Shown here: positions 1-13,913 of the stretch, piece by piece
How positions within the stretch are numbered: the first letter of the stretch is position 1
Layout: each line of letters opens with the position of its first letter
From: Eledone cirrhosa
Taxonomy: Eukaryota
Reading direction: 5' to 3'
DNA: 64,000 bases
Assembly (NCBI GenBank): GCA_964016885.1
Contig: CAXHJY010001027.1
Span: forward strand, 1 to 64,000
Position numbers and translations under genes: made by a program
The notes under the pieces: model-generated
The model's database searches: none
What the model was told of the DNA's origin: nothing
The model's input: only the letters and a program-made list of their open reading frames with translations

Positions 1-22
1 GAGTATATTTTATTGTTTTTAC

Positions 23-60
23 CTGGAACCCACAAAACCTGAGAATGTCTTTTTTTATTC
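23..60 (-). CDS. Internal coding exon (38 nt) of an unidentified minus-strand gene: (G)IKKDILRFCGFQ
   Basis: Minus-strand acceptor atttctatag and donor CAG|gtaaaa bracket an open, non-repetitive frame. Its phase-1 start matches the phase-1 end of the exon at 5134. Confidence 0.6.
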
Positions 61-144
61 CTATAGAAATAAATCAATATTGGAAAGTAATTTACAATTT
101 GCCGCCATTAAAGGATGAGACAATAGATAGAACTGCATATTTGT

Positions 145-800
145 GTAAACACATACACGCATACTGTATAAACACAGACGCACATACTGTATAAACACAT
201 ACACGCATACTGTATAAACACAGACGCACATACTGTATAAACACATACATACATACTGTATAAACACATACACACATACTGTATAAACACAGACGCACAT
301 ACTGTATAAACACATACACACATACTGTATAAACACATACATACATACTGTATAAACACATACACGCATACTGTATAAACACAGACGCACATACTGTATA
401 AACACATACACACATACTGTATAAACACATACATACATACTGTATAAACACATACACACATACTGTATAAACACATACACACATGCTGTATAAACACATA
501 CACACATACTGTATAAACACATACACACATAGTGTATAAACACAGACGCACATACTGTATAAACACATACACACATACTGTATAAACACATACATACATA
601 CTGTATAAACACATACACACATACTGTATAAACACATACACACATACTGTATAAACACATACACACATACTGTATAAACACAGACGCACATACTGTATAA
701 ACACATACACACATACTGTATAAACACATACATACATACTGTATAAACACATACACACATACTGTATAAACACATACACACATACTGTATAAACACATAC
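145..800. repeat. 23-bp minisatellite (atactgtataaacacatacacac and variants)
   Basis: Visible 23-nt period; produces the 23-aa periodic pseudo-ORFs. Confidence 0.95.
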
Positions 801-1143
801 ACATGCGCATATAAGCATAAAGATACATATATATATATATATACAAATCTACTGTAAAACTCATTCTTTGATGTACTCATTGAATCTTGTTTAACTCTTT
901 AATATATACAAATATATATATATAGAGAGAGAGAGGTTTATATATATATATACAAACATATAGACACGTACTGTACAACTGCATAGCTGCATGCATATAT
1001 AAACACTCAGACATGACTATACAAACATACAAATATATATATATATAGAGAGAGAGGTTTATATATATATATACAAACATATAGACACGTACTGTACAAA
1101 TGCATAGATGCATGCATATATAAACACTCAGACATGACTATAC

Positions 1144-1187
<44 letters not shown>

Positions 1188-1499
1188 ATATATATAAACA
1201 CACACACACAAACGTAGATTCATATATACAGTATATAGATACACATTTGTACAAACATAGGTATATATATATATATATATATGTATGTATATATATATAA
1301 ACACACACACACAAACGTAGATTCATATATACAGTATATAGATACACATTTGTACAAACATAGGTATATATATATATATATGTAAACATATGCAGAGGTT
1401 ATATTTGTTGGGATTCAACAAGCTTAAAAACAAGTAAACACATATATATATATATATGCAAACATATATATATACACACACACACACACATACACACTT

Positions 1500-2970
1500 T
1501 TAAACACATACATATATAAACACTCAGCCACATACATATATCAACACACAGACACATACATATATAAACACTCAGCCACATACATATATCAACACACACA
1601 CACATACATATATAAACACTCAGCCACATACATATATCAACACACAGACACATACATATATAAACACTCAGCCACATACATATATCAACACACAGACACA
1701 TACATATATAAACACTCAGCCACATACATATATCAACACACAGACACATACATATATAAACACTCAGCCACATACATATATCAACACACAGACACATACA
1801 TATATAAACACTCAGCCACATACATATATCAACACACAGACACATACATATATAAACACTCAGACACATACATATATCAACACACAGACACATACATATA
1901 TATAAACACTCAGCCACATACATATATCAACACACAGACACATACATATATAAACACTCAGCCACATACATATATCAACACACAGACACATACATATATA
2001 AACACTCAGCCACATACATATATCAACACACAGACACATACATATATAAACACTCAGCCACATACATATATCAACACTCAGCCACATACATATATCAACA
2101 CACAGACACATACATATATAAACACTCAGCCACATACATATATCAACACACAGACACATACATATATCAACACACAGACACATACATATATAAACACTCA
2201 GCCACATACATATATCAACACACAGACACATACATATATAAACACACAGACACATACATATATAAACACTCAGCCACATACATATATCAACACACAGACA
2301 CATACATATATAAACACTCAGCCACATACATATATCAACACACAGACACATACATATATAAACACTCAGCCACATACATATATCAACACACAGACACATA
2401 CATATATAAACACTCAGCCACATACATATATCAACACTCAGCCACATACATATATCAACACACAGACACATACATATATAAACACTCAGCCACATACATA
2501 TATCAACACACAGACACATACATATATAAACACTCAGCCACATACATATATCAACACACAGACACATACATATATAAACACTCAGCCACATACATATATA
2601 AACACTCAGCCACATACATATATCAACACACAGACACATACATATATAAACACTCAGCCACATACATATATCAACACACAGACACATACATATATAAACA
2701 GAGAGACACATACATATATCAACACACAGACACATACATATATATAAACACTCAGCCACATACATATATCAACACACAGACACATACATATATAAACACT
2801 CAGCCACATACATATATCAACACACAGACACATACATATATAAACACTCAGCCACATACATATATCAACACACAGACACATACATATATAAACACTCAGC
2901 CACATACATATATAAACACTCAGCCACATACATATATCAACACACAGACACATACATATATAAACAGAGA
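1500..2970. repeat. 24-bp minisatellite organised mostly as a 48-bp A/B dimer
   Basis: aacactcagccacatacatatatc alternates with aacacacagacacatacatatata. Confidence 0.95.
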
Positions 2971-3180
2971 GACAGCCTCATTAAACTGTTGGATTAAAAA
3001 TGTCTTCACTTTTATTCCAGCTCATTGTAGTTTGTGTTCAAATCCTCCCGAGGTCACCTTTGGCCTATTTTCATCCTTTCGAGGTCAATAAATAAAATAC
3101 TAAAATCTCTCTCTCAAAAAAATGTATACACACTTCAACAGCATTCTATTAAATATGGCCTGTACAGGTAATCGAAGTGT

Positions 3181-3460
3181 GTCATCATCATCATCATCAT
3201 CACCGTTTTACGTCCGTTCTTCCATGCTAGCATGGGTTAGACGGGTTGTCCTGTTGTGGGCAGTGTCTGGTCGGCTGACCATGCCTTGCTCATACAGGAA
3301 CTGATTCTGGCTTGATTTCTACAGCTGGATGTCCTTCCTAACACCAACCTCATTTACAGTGAGTGCTGGGTGCTTTTTCGTGGCGCCTACACGTCCACTT
3401 TACAGTGTGGGCTGGGTGCTTTTTTGCCATGGCACCTCCACGACCACCTTGCAGTGGGAG
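3181..3460 (-). mobile_element. 5'-truncated SINE (family A variant, same 3' half as 61799-62195)
   Basis: Near-identical to 61799-62030, with a (CAT)n tail. Confidence 0.85.
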
Positions 3461-3590
3461 GGTGTGGGGGCATATTGTCTATATGCTTCAGCTTGTACCC
3501 ATGGGAGGTCGGGTACTCTGTATTACTGCGTGACGCCAGAGGTCACGGTCGTCTGTCATTTTTTTTTTTTTTAACACATTGTATATATAT

Positions 3591-3755
3591 ATAACGAAGG
3601 AATTGTGGTAAGGAACCAGGTGGACCCTAATGCACTAGAGTACTCAATACTTGAGGTAGTAGAGTGGGTAATAGGAAAAGAGTCCGGCCGTTTCGACAGC
3701 TAGGTCTATCGAAAGAGCCGGAGCTCAGCCATTGGGGTCCTGACTCTTTTCCTAT
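3591..3755. mobile_element. Penelope-like/retrozyme-type element in (TA)n, fold-back centred on an HHR-like stem II
   Basis: ataggaaaagagtc...gactcttttcctat inverted arms with axis at gacag-ctaggt-ctatc, followed by GAAA. Related to 18591-18730 and 35270-35341. Confidence 0.6.
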
Positions 3756-3791
3756 ATATATTGTATATCACTAGCCCTCTAACTATCTGTG

Positions 3792-3847
<56 letters not shown>

Positions 3848-4701
3848 TCTCTATCTATCTCTCTCTCTTTCTCTCTCCATCTCTCTATCTATCTATCTCT
3901 CTATCTATCTCTCTATCTCTCTCTCTCTCTCCATCTCTCTATCTATCTATCTCTCTAGCTCTCTCTCTTTCTCTCTCTCTCTCTCCATCTCTCTCTCTAT
4001 CTATCTCTCTCTCTCTCTCTCCATCTCTCTATCTATCTATCTCTCTATCTCTCTCTCTCTCTCTATCTATCTATCTCTCTATCTCTCTCTCTCTTTAACT
4101 GTGTTCACACCTGGAATTGGATGAGTTCTACCTGGTTTAAGATACCCAAAAGACATACCCATGTGTTAGGACATCAGGGGTTAACCCATTATCATTTAAA
4201 CCGGTTATATCCAGCCAGGTTTCTCTCACCTCTTTCTGTTCATACATATACTAATGTATTCTTTCATACATACATATATACATGTATACATTCATATATA
4301 TATACACACATTTGTATATATATATATATATTCATATACATATGTACATACATATGTACATACATACATACATATATACATACATATATACATTCATATA
4401 TATACACATACATTTGTATATATATATATATATATATATATACAAATGTATGTGTATATATATGAATGTATATATGTATGTATATATGTATGTATGTATA
4501 TATGTATGTACATATGTATGTACATCATCATCATCATGATGATGATGATGATGATGTACATACATATGTACATACATATATACATACATACATACATATA
4601 TACATACATATATACATTCATATATATACACATACATTTGTATATATATATATATATATATATATTCATATATATATGTACATACATATGTACATACATA
4701 T

Positions 4702-4732
<31 letters not shown>

Positions 4733-5133
4733 CATACATATATACATTCATATATATACATTCATATACATACGTACATTCATATAGCAACATGCAAACT
4801 CACATACACACACACACACGCAAACAGTCATATATGCACACTTGGACTATGACACAGTCATATATATACACCCCAAAAATACACACACACACATGATCAC
4901 ACACACACACACACACCCACACCACACCCTCACCCTCACTTAAAACCTCCACACCACACCCACACCACACACACCACACCCTCACCCTCACCCTCACCCA
5001 CACCACACACCCCACACACCACACACCCCACACCACACCCTCACCCTCACTTAAAACCTCCACACCCACACCACACACACCACACCCTCACCCACACCAC
5101 ACACCCCACCCTCACCCACACCACACCACACAC

Positions 5134-5182
5134 CTGTATCAACTGGTAGGTAGTTCTGTTGAATCTTTTTCTCATAAATCAA
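5134..5182 (-). CDS. Internal coding exon LIYEKKIQQNYLPVDT(G); an alternative acceptor at 5205 would add GPYIILQ
   Basis: Acceptor aatattacag, donor CAG|gtgtgt. Unique island between microsatellites; phase compatible with exon 23-60. Confidence 0.5.
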
Positions 5183-5312
5183 CTGTAATATTATGTATGG
5201 ACCACCTGACATCTTGATAACAACAACAACAACAACAACAGCGGTGATACTGGTGTTGTTGTTGTTGTTGTTACTGCTATTCGTATTTCATTTGTCATGC
5301 AACTGCAACTAA

Positions 5313-5313
5313 G

Positions 5314-5348
<35 letters not shown>

Positions 5349-5427
5349 CACTACCAGCACTACTACCACCACCACTACTACCACCACCACTACTACCACC
5401 ACCACTACTACTACCAGCACCACCACC

Positions 5428-5462
<35 letters not shown>

Positions 5463-5905
5463 CACTACTACTACCACCACCACTACTACCACTACTACTA
5501 CTACCGCCACCACTACTACTACTACCACCACTACTACCACTACCACCACCACTACCACCACCACCACTACCACCACCACTATCACCACCACTACCACCAC
5601 CACTACCACCACCACTATCACCACCACTACCACCACTACCACCACCACCACTATAACCACCACCACCACTACAACGACCACCACTACCACCACCACCACC
5701 ACTACCACCACCACCACTACCACCACCACTATCACCACTACTACCACCACCACTACCACCACCACTATCACCACCACCACCACTACCACCACCACTATCA
5801 CCACCACTACCACCACCACTACCACCACCACTATCACCACCACCACCACTACCACCACCACCACCACCACCACTATCACCACCACCACCACCGTGACCAC
5901 CACCA
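5313..5905. repeat. (CTA/CCA)n trinucleotide mosaic
   Basis: Direct inspection; source of the poly-Gly/Ser and poly-Val ORFs. Confidence 0.95.
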
Positions 5906-5986
5906 GAACTCCTGCCATAAACATAGATTCCATATTTGGCTCCTGTATAAAAACTTACGACTGTAAAAATTCCAGAATGATAAAGA

Positions 5987-6050
<64 letters not shown>

Positions 6051-6092
6051 GAGAGAGAGAGGGGGGAGGGGGGGAGATAAACCTGACCACTC

Positions 6093-6137
6093 CACCAAAC
6101 GGTTTTGGCTCGTGTTCAACAAACCTTTTCAAGGGTG
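6093..6137 (-). ncRNA. Degenerate type I hammerhead remnant
   Basis: Minus strand: caccc-TTGAAAA-GGTTTGT(tgaac)ACGAGCC-AAAAC-CGTT-tggtg. Stem II intact; core differs from CTGAAGA/GAAAC by transitions only. Confidence 0.4.
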
Positions 6138-6282
6138 AGCACCCTTGTGTGTGTGTGTGTGTGTGTGAGTGTGTGTGTGTGTGTGAGTGTGTGTGTGTAT
6201 GTGTGTGTGAGTGTGTGTGTATAATCATCATCATCTTAGATTTGCTTCCTATATGAGCAAATATTAGATATGTAGGTATATA

Positions 6283-6360
6283 CAGGGTGTCCTAAAAAAA
6301 TGTATACACACTTTGGTTAGAAATTTGTTGAAGTGGGTATACATTTTTTGGGACACCCTG
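6283..6360. mobile_element. Tc1/mariner-type MITE (about 80 bp)
   Basis: TA-CAGGGTGTCC(T)AAAAAAATGTATAC ... GTATACATTTTTTGGGACACCCTG terminal inverted repeats. Sister copies at 14808-14886 and 41563-41663; partial copies near 3115 and 52338. Confidence 0.85.
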
Positions 6361-6465
6361 CGTGTGTATATATATATATGTATGTATATCATCATCATCA
6401 TTTTACGTTTGCTTTTCCCTGCTTGCAAGGGTATATATATATGTGTGTGTGTATGTGTATATATT

Positions 6466-6556
<91 letters not shown>

Positions 6557-6580
6557 TCATCATCATGTTAATATATATAT

Positions 6581-6646
<66 letters not shown>

Positions 6647-6744
6647 TCATCATCATGTTAATATAAATATATATATATCATCATCATCATGTTAATATAA
6701 ATATATATATATATATATCATCATCAACATGTTAATATAAATAT

Positions 6745-6850
6745 AATATAGTTTCTACTTTTGGCACAAGGCCAGCAATTACCCCAGTGCACCACAGGTA
6801 CTTTTTTGTTATCGACCCCGTAAGGATGACAGGCCAAGTTAACCTCGGCA
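6745..6850 (-). mobile_element. SINE family B fragment (central gcctttcatccttacggggtcgataaaataaagtaccag domain)
   Basis: Same sequence recurs at 25585-25880, 27137-27248, 27797-28016, 48990-49152 and 50343-50443, with older copies at 42455-42615, 50620-50750 and 53415-53500. Confidence 0.85.
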
Positions 6851-6934
6851 GATACCTTATTATATAAATATAATCTGGTAACGAACTGGAATAATTTGCA
6901 GAAGCTGACCTAATTTGCATATTTATGTTTATGT

Positions 6935-7148
6935 GAAGGTGTGTGGCTGAGTGGTTAGAGTATTGGATTCACAATCGTGTGGTTGTGAGTTCGATTCCTG
7001 AACCAGGCGATGCGTTATGTCCTTGAGCAAGACACTTTATTTCACGTTGCTCCTTCTGCCTGGAGTTGCGACCGATAGATAGTATTAGCAATTGGAAAGA
7101 CCAACGGAAACATTGTTCCCTCGGTCCGATTTGACGAAAGTCGATCGA
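6935..7148 (+). mobile_element. tRNA-head SINE (family C)
   Basis: A box tggctgagtggttag, B box gagttcgattcc, CORE-like ccttgagcaagacacttt. Inverted sister copy at 9645-9856. Confidence 0.85.
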
Positions 7149-7597
7149 CTAGAATATGTTTAGAGAACTTTATATTTTAAGTTTCCTTAACTGCCGCAAT
7201 TCTGCTGCACTTCCTCAGCATGACGATCTTAAAACAGAAGTTCTGGGTACACCTAAATATATTCCTTATAAACTTCTACTTGGTGCCGTGTTGAGTTAAA
7301 GACACTCCGTAGAGAGCTTCAGTTAGTTTGAAACGGTAAGAATTTGTTTGATGCTTGCACCAAGAACTCTTGAATGTGCTGCATCAACTGGGCCCCACCC
7401 TGGCCAAGTTCATTTCAGGGTTCACCAATACTATATATATATATAGTGTGTATGAGTGTATTATACATATATAAGTGTGTGTGTGTATGTATGTGTATGT
7501 GTGCTAAATATATAAATGTATTTTTCTACATTTGTTTTTCACGCTGTGTTATGTGTATTTCTATGACTGTTGTGTGTGTATATGCACAAATTGTATG

Positions 7598-7628
<31 letters not shown>

Positions 7629-8706
7629 ATATATGTATGTATCATCATTTATTTGTCTGTTTTTTTCCTGCCAGCAAGAGTCGTGTGTGTAATAAATAAA
7701 TATATATATATATATGTACATACTTATGAATATATACACACCTATATATACACACATGAGTGTATGTATACAAAGGTTTGCTTTTAGATTTACACCCTGT
7801 AAATTCTTAATAAACTACTTAAAATATTTATTAGTCATCTTCATACAGTTAGTCTCTTGTTGATATAGAAAGAATGAGATAGAGAGATAGATAGAGAGAT
7901 AGATAGAGATGTATAGGGGGAGAAGGGTTGATAGATAAATAGATAAGACTGATAGATAGACTGAAGTATAGGTAGGGAGGTAGGTAGGTAGATAGGTAGC
8001 TAGATAGGTAGGTATGTTTACACAAGTCTTAAAAAGTTAATGTTGATCTTTATGTCTTGTACCATAAGTCAATAAAAAATTTGTACCACATTTTTTTTTT
8101 TAATAACTAACAAGAACCACTTGATTGTTAGGCTCCAGCTTGGCCACTGTCCAATGACTGTGGTAAATAAATAAAAATAAATAAAATAAAATAAAATATT
8201 GTCTTCAGAAAACATTATCTAACATGTCTTTTACTTTTGTTCCAAAGTCAATTGGGTGTGATTTGTGGGAGATTTGAGGGAGAATTAGCTGCCATTTCCA
8301 GCATGGCCACAGTCCAATGAGTGTAAAGAAAGTTTTAAAAAATATATATCATGTCTTCCAGAAAACATTATTTAATGTATCTTTTACTATTTTTCTAAAG
8401 CCAATAGTGTGTGATTTGAGGGAGAATTAGCTGCTATTTCCAGTTAGCTGAGCAACCATGTCGATGCCCTTGCCTCATCTTTACAAGTTGTTTTATCAGA
8501 AACCAAATCTTCATTTACAATGTTTGTCATCACTCTCTTCCCCTCGTCCTTGTCCGACATAGAACAACATTTCATTAACATTCTAGAATTATTAGGAAGT
8601 CGTTACCATAAAGACAAGATTGTCATCACAAGAACACTTATTCAATTGTAGTTCTTTCTCTTGGACCACCATGCTTGATATCAGACAGTAAATTGCCAGA
8701 ATCGTT

Positions 8707-8915
8707 TTAACCCTTTAGTTACCAACCCCAGCCAAAACCAGTTCTGGTTCTATGAAATAAAGTCACCCATTTTAAAGGTTTACAATTTAAATTAAAATCT
8801 TTCAACATAATTTTATATAAGAACTTTATATTAAGTTACTTTCTTAGTAATGAAATGATTGATACTTTTAGTAAATCCCTCAAAATTCTTCATTAATTAA
8901 TCAAAATAGAGTGTA
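8707..8915 (+). mobile_element. piggyBac-type MITE fragment (second family)
   Basis: Starts TTAA-CCCTTTAG. Its distal part is the reverse complement of 46810-46925, which also starts TTAA-CCCTTT. Confidence 0.6.
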
Positions 8916-8918
8916 TAC

Positions 8919-8998
<80 letters not shown>

Positions 8999-9039
8999 CG
9001 TTTCTGAATTTGTTTAGCAAGATTCTTTATCTGAAAACG

Positions 9040-9131
9040 TGGTTGTTTATATATTGTCAAAGTTCTTTCATCACACATTCTGAGGTCACAGAATGTGTGA
9101 TGAAAGAACTTTGACAATATATAAACAACCA
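9040..9131. repeat. Perfect 43-bp-arm palindrome with 6-nt loop (HHR-like stem II/GAAA at the axis)
   Basis: 9040-9082 is the exact reverse complement of 9089-9131. Confidence 0.9.
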
Positions 9132-9644
9132 TCTGGTTGTGGAACCAACCAACCAACCGGAAATTTATAAATTCCTAAATTTATAAATTTATTATAATAA
9201 ATTGAAGTGAAAGCAACTGGTGTGTGTGTTTCTTATTGGCAACATGACCCTCCCAAAGTATAACAATATATATATATATATATATATAGACCCGTCCCAC
9301 CCTTGCAAGCAGGGAAAAGCGGACGTAAAATGATGATGATGATGATGATATATACATATATATGCTCTTCTCATTTCAACAGCTAGTTCTGGACTATATA
9401 TATACACACACACACATACATACATGTATATATATAAATATGTGTATATATATATATCATCATTGTTTAATGTCTATTTTCCATGCTAGCATAGGTTAGA
9501 TGGGTTTGTCTCATTTGAGGCAAGTTGGGTCGGGTGACCGTGTCTCGCTCATAAAGGAGTGTCTCTGGCTGGTTTTCTACAGCTGGATGCTCTTCCTAGC
9601 GCCAACCACATTTACAGTGTGTGCAATATATATATATATAAAAA

Positions 9645-9853
9645 GGAACGATCGACTTTCGTCAAATCGGACCGAGGAAACAATGTTTCCATTGGTCTTT
9701 CTGATTGCTAATACTATCTGTCGGTCGCAACTCCAGGTAGAAGGAACAACGTGAAATAAAGTGTCTTGCTGAAGGACATAACGCATCACCCAGTCTGGGA
9801 ATCGAACTCACAACCTCACGATTGCAAATTCTCTAACCACTCAGCCACATACC

Positions 9854-9856
<3 letters not shown>
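9645..9856 (-). mobile_element. tRNA-head SINE (family C)
   Basis: Reverse complement of 6935-7148. Confidence 0.85.
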
Positions 9857-9912
<56 letters not shown>

Positions 9913-10008
9913 GTGTGTGTATGTATATATATATATATGTGTGTGTATGTGCACACACACGCACATATATATACACCTATACATACATATAACTGTTATT
10001 ACAGTTAC

Positions 10009-10144
10009 TTTCTGGATGTGCAACTCCCACAAGTTACCATACAAGTTTCTCTGTTGGTGCCATTTCCTGCTCCGTGTCTTCTGTCGATTCTTCCTGCCGC
10101 CGCCATCTCCATACAGCAACCCCCTCCTCCAGTCTTTTATATAT
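10009..10144 (-). CDS. Probable exon of the minus-strand gene. Either first coding exon MEMAAAGRIDRRHGAGNGTNRETCM (ATG at 10112, donor at 10037) or open frame YIKDWRRG...LWELHIQK (donor at 10008)
   Basis: GC-richer unique island with acceptor ttgttttatatag, two GTAACT donors and an ATGGCGGCG start context. Both options end in phase 0, matching the 5182 acceptor. Confidence 0.5.
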
Positions 10145-10244
10145 CTATATAAAACAAATTCCATTGCAGTCAATAGATAACAAATACACTTTGTAAATAA
10201 AACATATCTGTCAGAATTACTTTCAAATAACAGGCCAACCAAAA

Positions 10245-10740
10245 CACTTCCCTGCCGAACACCCCACCACACTTTCCTGCCGAGCACCTCACAACACCCC
10301 ACCACACTTTCCTGCCGAACATCTCACAACACCCCACCACACTTTCCTGCCGAACACCTCACAACACCCCACCACACTTTCCTGCCGAACAACTCACCAC
10401 ACCCCACCACACTTTCCTGCCGAACAACTCACAACACCCCACCACACTTTCCTGCCGAACATCTCACAACACCCCACCACACTTTCCTGCCGAACAACTC
10501 ACCACACCCCACCACACTTTCCTGCCGAACAACTCACCACACCCCACCACACTTTCCTGCCGAACAACTCACCACACCCCACCACACTTTCCTGCCGAAC
10601 AACTCACCACACCCCACCACACTTTCCTGCCGAACAACTCACCACACCCCACCACACTTTCCTGCCGAACAACTCACCACACCCCACCACACTTTCCTGC
10701 CGAACACCTCACCACACCACAACACCTCACCACACTTTCC
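10245..10740. repeat. 35-bp minisatellite (about 14 copies)
   Basis: Unit acaccccaccacactttcctgccgaacaactcacc. Confidence 0.95.
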
Positions 10741-10795
10741 TGACCTGACAAACCCTGCCCCCAATCACATCTCTTCCCCTGCACCAACACCTTAC

Positions 10796-10857
10796 CGGCC
10801 TCACAGTTACTTTAAGATTCTATAGTTTTGTACATTCATCAGTTTGTATTCTACAAC
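10796..10857 (-). other. Candidate 5'-UTR exon (or short coding exon if the donor at 10810 is used)
   Basis: Pyrimidine-rich acceptor ...cccccgaccag and strong donor CCG|gtaagg. Stops occur in all three frames if the distal donor is used. Confidence 0.4.
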
Positions 10858-11578
10858 CTGGTCGGGGGTGGGTGGGTGGGAGAAGAGAGTGTAGGTGGGT
10901 AGGTTTGTGGGTGGGTGCTTCTGTGAATGGGGTGGAGGGTGTGGTAATCAACATGTCTTTGTGTTTGTTCGTTGGTTCGTTCGTGTTTCCTTTTTTTTGT
11001 GTATATGTGTGTGTATGTAAGTGTGCACATATGTGACTGTGTGTGTGTAAGTATGTATGTATATATGTCCATGTGTGTATGTGAGGGAGAGAGTATGTGT
11101 GTGTGTATGTGCATGTATCTTTGTGCATGTATGTATGTGAGTGAGTGAGCATGCTTCTGTGTGTGTATGTGTGTGTGTGTAAGCATTTATGCGTATGTGT
11201 AAGCATGTATGTGTGTGTGTGTGTTGCTTTCTTTTTTTCTTTATTCTCCAAACGTAACATGCAATACAGACATTTGTATACAGAGGAGCTGGTCGTTTAC
11301 TGAATTATTGCAGTTGTTCTTGTTGTTGTCATCATCATCATAGTTGTGGCCTTTCACTGTCTCTCTTTATTCACTGACCTCCTCTCTTCCTCCTCATCCT
11401 TCTTTCTGCATCTTTTCTGGCATGCATACACGCACATGCATACACACACTCTTATAAACACACACTTGTACATGCATCTTCATTTCGTATGTGTGTATGT
11501 GTGTATATATACATACACACATTGTATGCATTCATATGTAGACACATCTGCATAGACATACGTGTACATACATAAGTA

Positions 11579-11614
<36 letters not shown>

Positions 11615-11696
11615 GCATTACATACATACATGAACATACATAAGTACCATATATATATATATATATATACATGCATTACATACATATTACATATAT

Positions 11697-11727
<31 letters not shown>

Positions 11728-11768
11728 CATGCATTACATACATATTACTTATATACACACACACACAT

Positions 11769-11808
<40 letters not shown>

Positions 11809-11832
11809 GCATTACATACATATTACTTATAT

Positions 11833-11899
<67 letters not shown>

Positions 11900-12625
11900 A
11901 GAGAGTGGGTGAGAGTATGGTTGGCCAGAGAAAGAGAGGGATCTCCTGGTAGTTGTTTACTGTCAATCAATGAGTCTTTAAAGATGTTCATCTTCTCTTG
12001 ACACCAGGAACTCTACTTTCCTGCCATTCATCTGCTGTCGTTGTACAAAGGAAATAAGAAAACATCTAATCCGTGCCTCTTTTCTTATTAACATCCTTCA
12101 CTAGCAACCCAACTAACTGCCACTCATATCTCCTCCTTCCTCATCTATCTCATCTCTCCCTGCTCCCTTCTTCTTCATCATCTATCTCATCTCTCCCTCC
12201 TTCCTCTCTCTGTCCTCCATTGTCTTCTATCTTATCTATCTCTCCCTCCCCTTCATCTATCTCATCTCTCCCTCCTTCCTCTTCTTCATCTCTCCCTCTC
12301 CTTCATCCTCTTCTATCTCTTCTTCATCTCTCTACTTCATCTTCTTCATCTGTTTCTCCTTCCTTCCTCTTTATCACCATATATCTCTTCCTACTCCTCA
12401 GTATCTATCTCCTCCTCTATCCAACTCATTTCTCTCCTCCCCCTCCTCCCCCCTCATTTTAAACTAAACTAAACTAAAATAGAAAGAAGACAACATTTAT
12501 TTCTACAAGCTGAGAATTGAGTTGCTGTTTATTTTGTCGGACATGTTGGCTTGAATATTAAACTATATCAGAAGAGACAACAACAACAACAACAGCATCA
12601 ACATGTGTGTGTGTGTGTATGTATG

Positions 12626-12673
<48 letters not shown>

Positions 12674-13865
12674 TAGATGGATAGATATAGATAAGTAGGT
12701 AGGTAGATATATATATCGGTAGGTAGGGAGATAGGTAGGTAGGGAGGGAGGTGTGGGGGGTAGGTAGATTGGTAGGTAGGTAGGTAGATGGGTATGTTGG
12801 TAGGTAGGGATGTAGGTGGGTAGGGAGGTGGGTGGGTAGGTAGGTAGGTAGGTGGGTGGGTAGGGAGGTGGGTGGGTAGGTAGGTAGGTAGGTAAATGGG
12901 TAGGTAGGGAGGGAGGGAGGTAGGTAGGTAAGTAGGTGGGTAGGTAGGGAGGTAAGTAGGTAGGTAGGGAGGGAGGGAGGTAGGTAAGTGGGTAGGTAGG
13001 GAGGTGGGTGGGTAGGTAGGTAGGTAGGTAAGTGGGTAGGGAGGGAGGTAGGTAGGTAAGTAGGTGGGTAGGTAGGGAGGTAAGTAGGTAGGTAAGGAGG
13101 TAGGGAGGGAGGGAGGTAGGTAGGTAGGTAAGTGGGTAGGTAGGGAAGTGGGTGGGTGGGTAGGTAGGTAGGGAGGTGGGTGGGTGGGTAGGTAGGTAGG
13201 TAGATATATAGGTACCAAGGCAATCAACAACATAAGGCCACCTGGAGGAGGAGGATGCTGTGTGGTTATGTGTGTTCTTGACCAACAAACACACCTGTTG
13301 ATTAATTTTCTACACCTTTCCTCTGCAGTGAAGAAGTTTCATTAATTTTCCTTCCTAAATAAATGTTGCTGTCCTCGGTTTTCTTATCTTTCCCACCTGC
13401 CATTGAAGGAGGAGGAGGAGGAGGAGGAAGGAGATAACGCTCCTATTTCTAACTGAAAGAAAAACTAAAAATTTAAATTTTAAAAAGATTTAAGGGAAAA
13501 AAATGAAGAAAATTATGGGGGGGGGGGGGGGCTAACAAAATCAAAGACAATATTTTTGTTTAAATCAATTGAGTTTAGGAGGAGGAGAGAAGAGGGGAGG
13601 AGGAAGGGAAGATAGAAGGCAGGAAGAAGAGGGGAGGAGGAGAATATGAAGAAGAGGAGGTGAAAAAGAAATTATTAAATTCCAAGATAAGGAGAGAGAG
13701 TGTGTGTGTGTAAGAGAGAGAGAGAGTGTGTATGTAAGAGAGAGAGAGTGTGTGTGTGTAAGAGAGAGAGACTGTGTGTATGTGAGAGAGAGAGAGACAG
13801 TGTTTGTGAGAGAGAGAGAGAAAAGGTAACATTTCTCAATTTGGAAGCAAAGATATCAGAATCAC

Positions 13866-13913
13866 CTTCATTTATTTACAAGACTGTCTTATCTAAACAT
13901 CAAATGTTCTCTT
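13866..13913 (-). other. Candidate 5'-UTR exon ending ATGAAG|gt
   Basis: Acceptor agtatttcag, donor AAG|gtgatt; stops in all frames before the terminal ATG. Confidence 0.3.

Noticed and set aside
5191-6234. Gly/Ser-rich 347-aa ORF
   Set aside because: It runs through (CA)n, (TA)n and (GGT/AGT)n microsatellites; no evidence of coding constraint.
7164-7222. Minus-strand CTGAGGA...GAAAC motif
   Set aside because: Stem II is not flush with the core and no stem I pairing was found.
8474-8582. Possible extra minus-strand exon MLMKCCSMSDKDEGKRV...
   Set aside because: It needs a GC donor and has no independent support; cannot be distinguished from chance.
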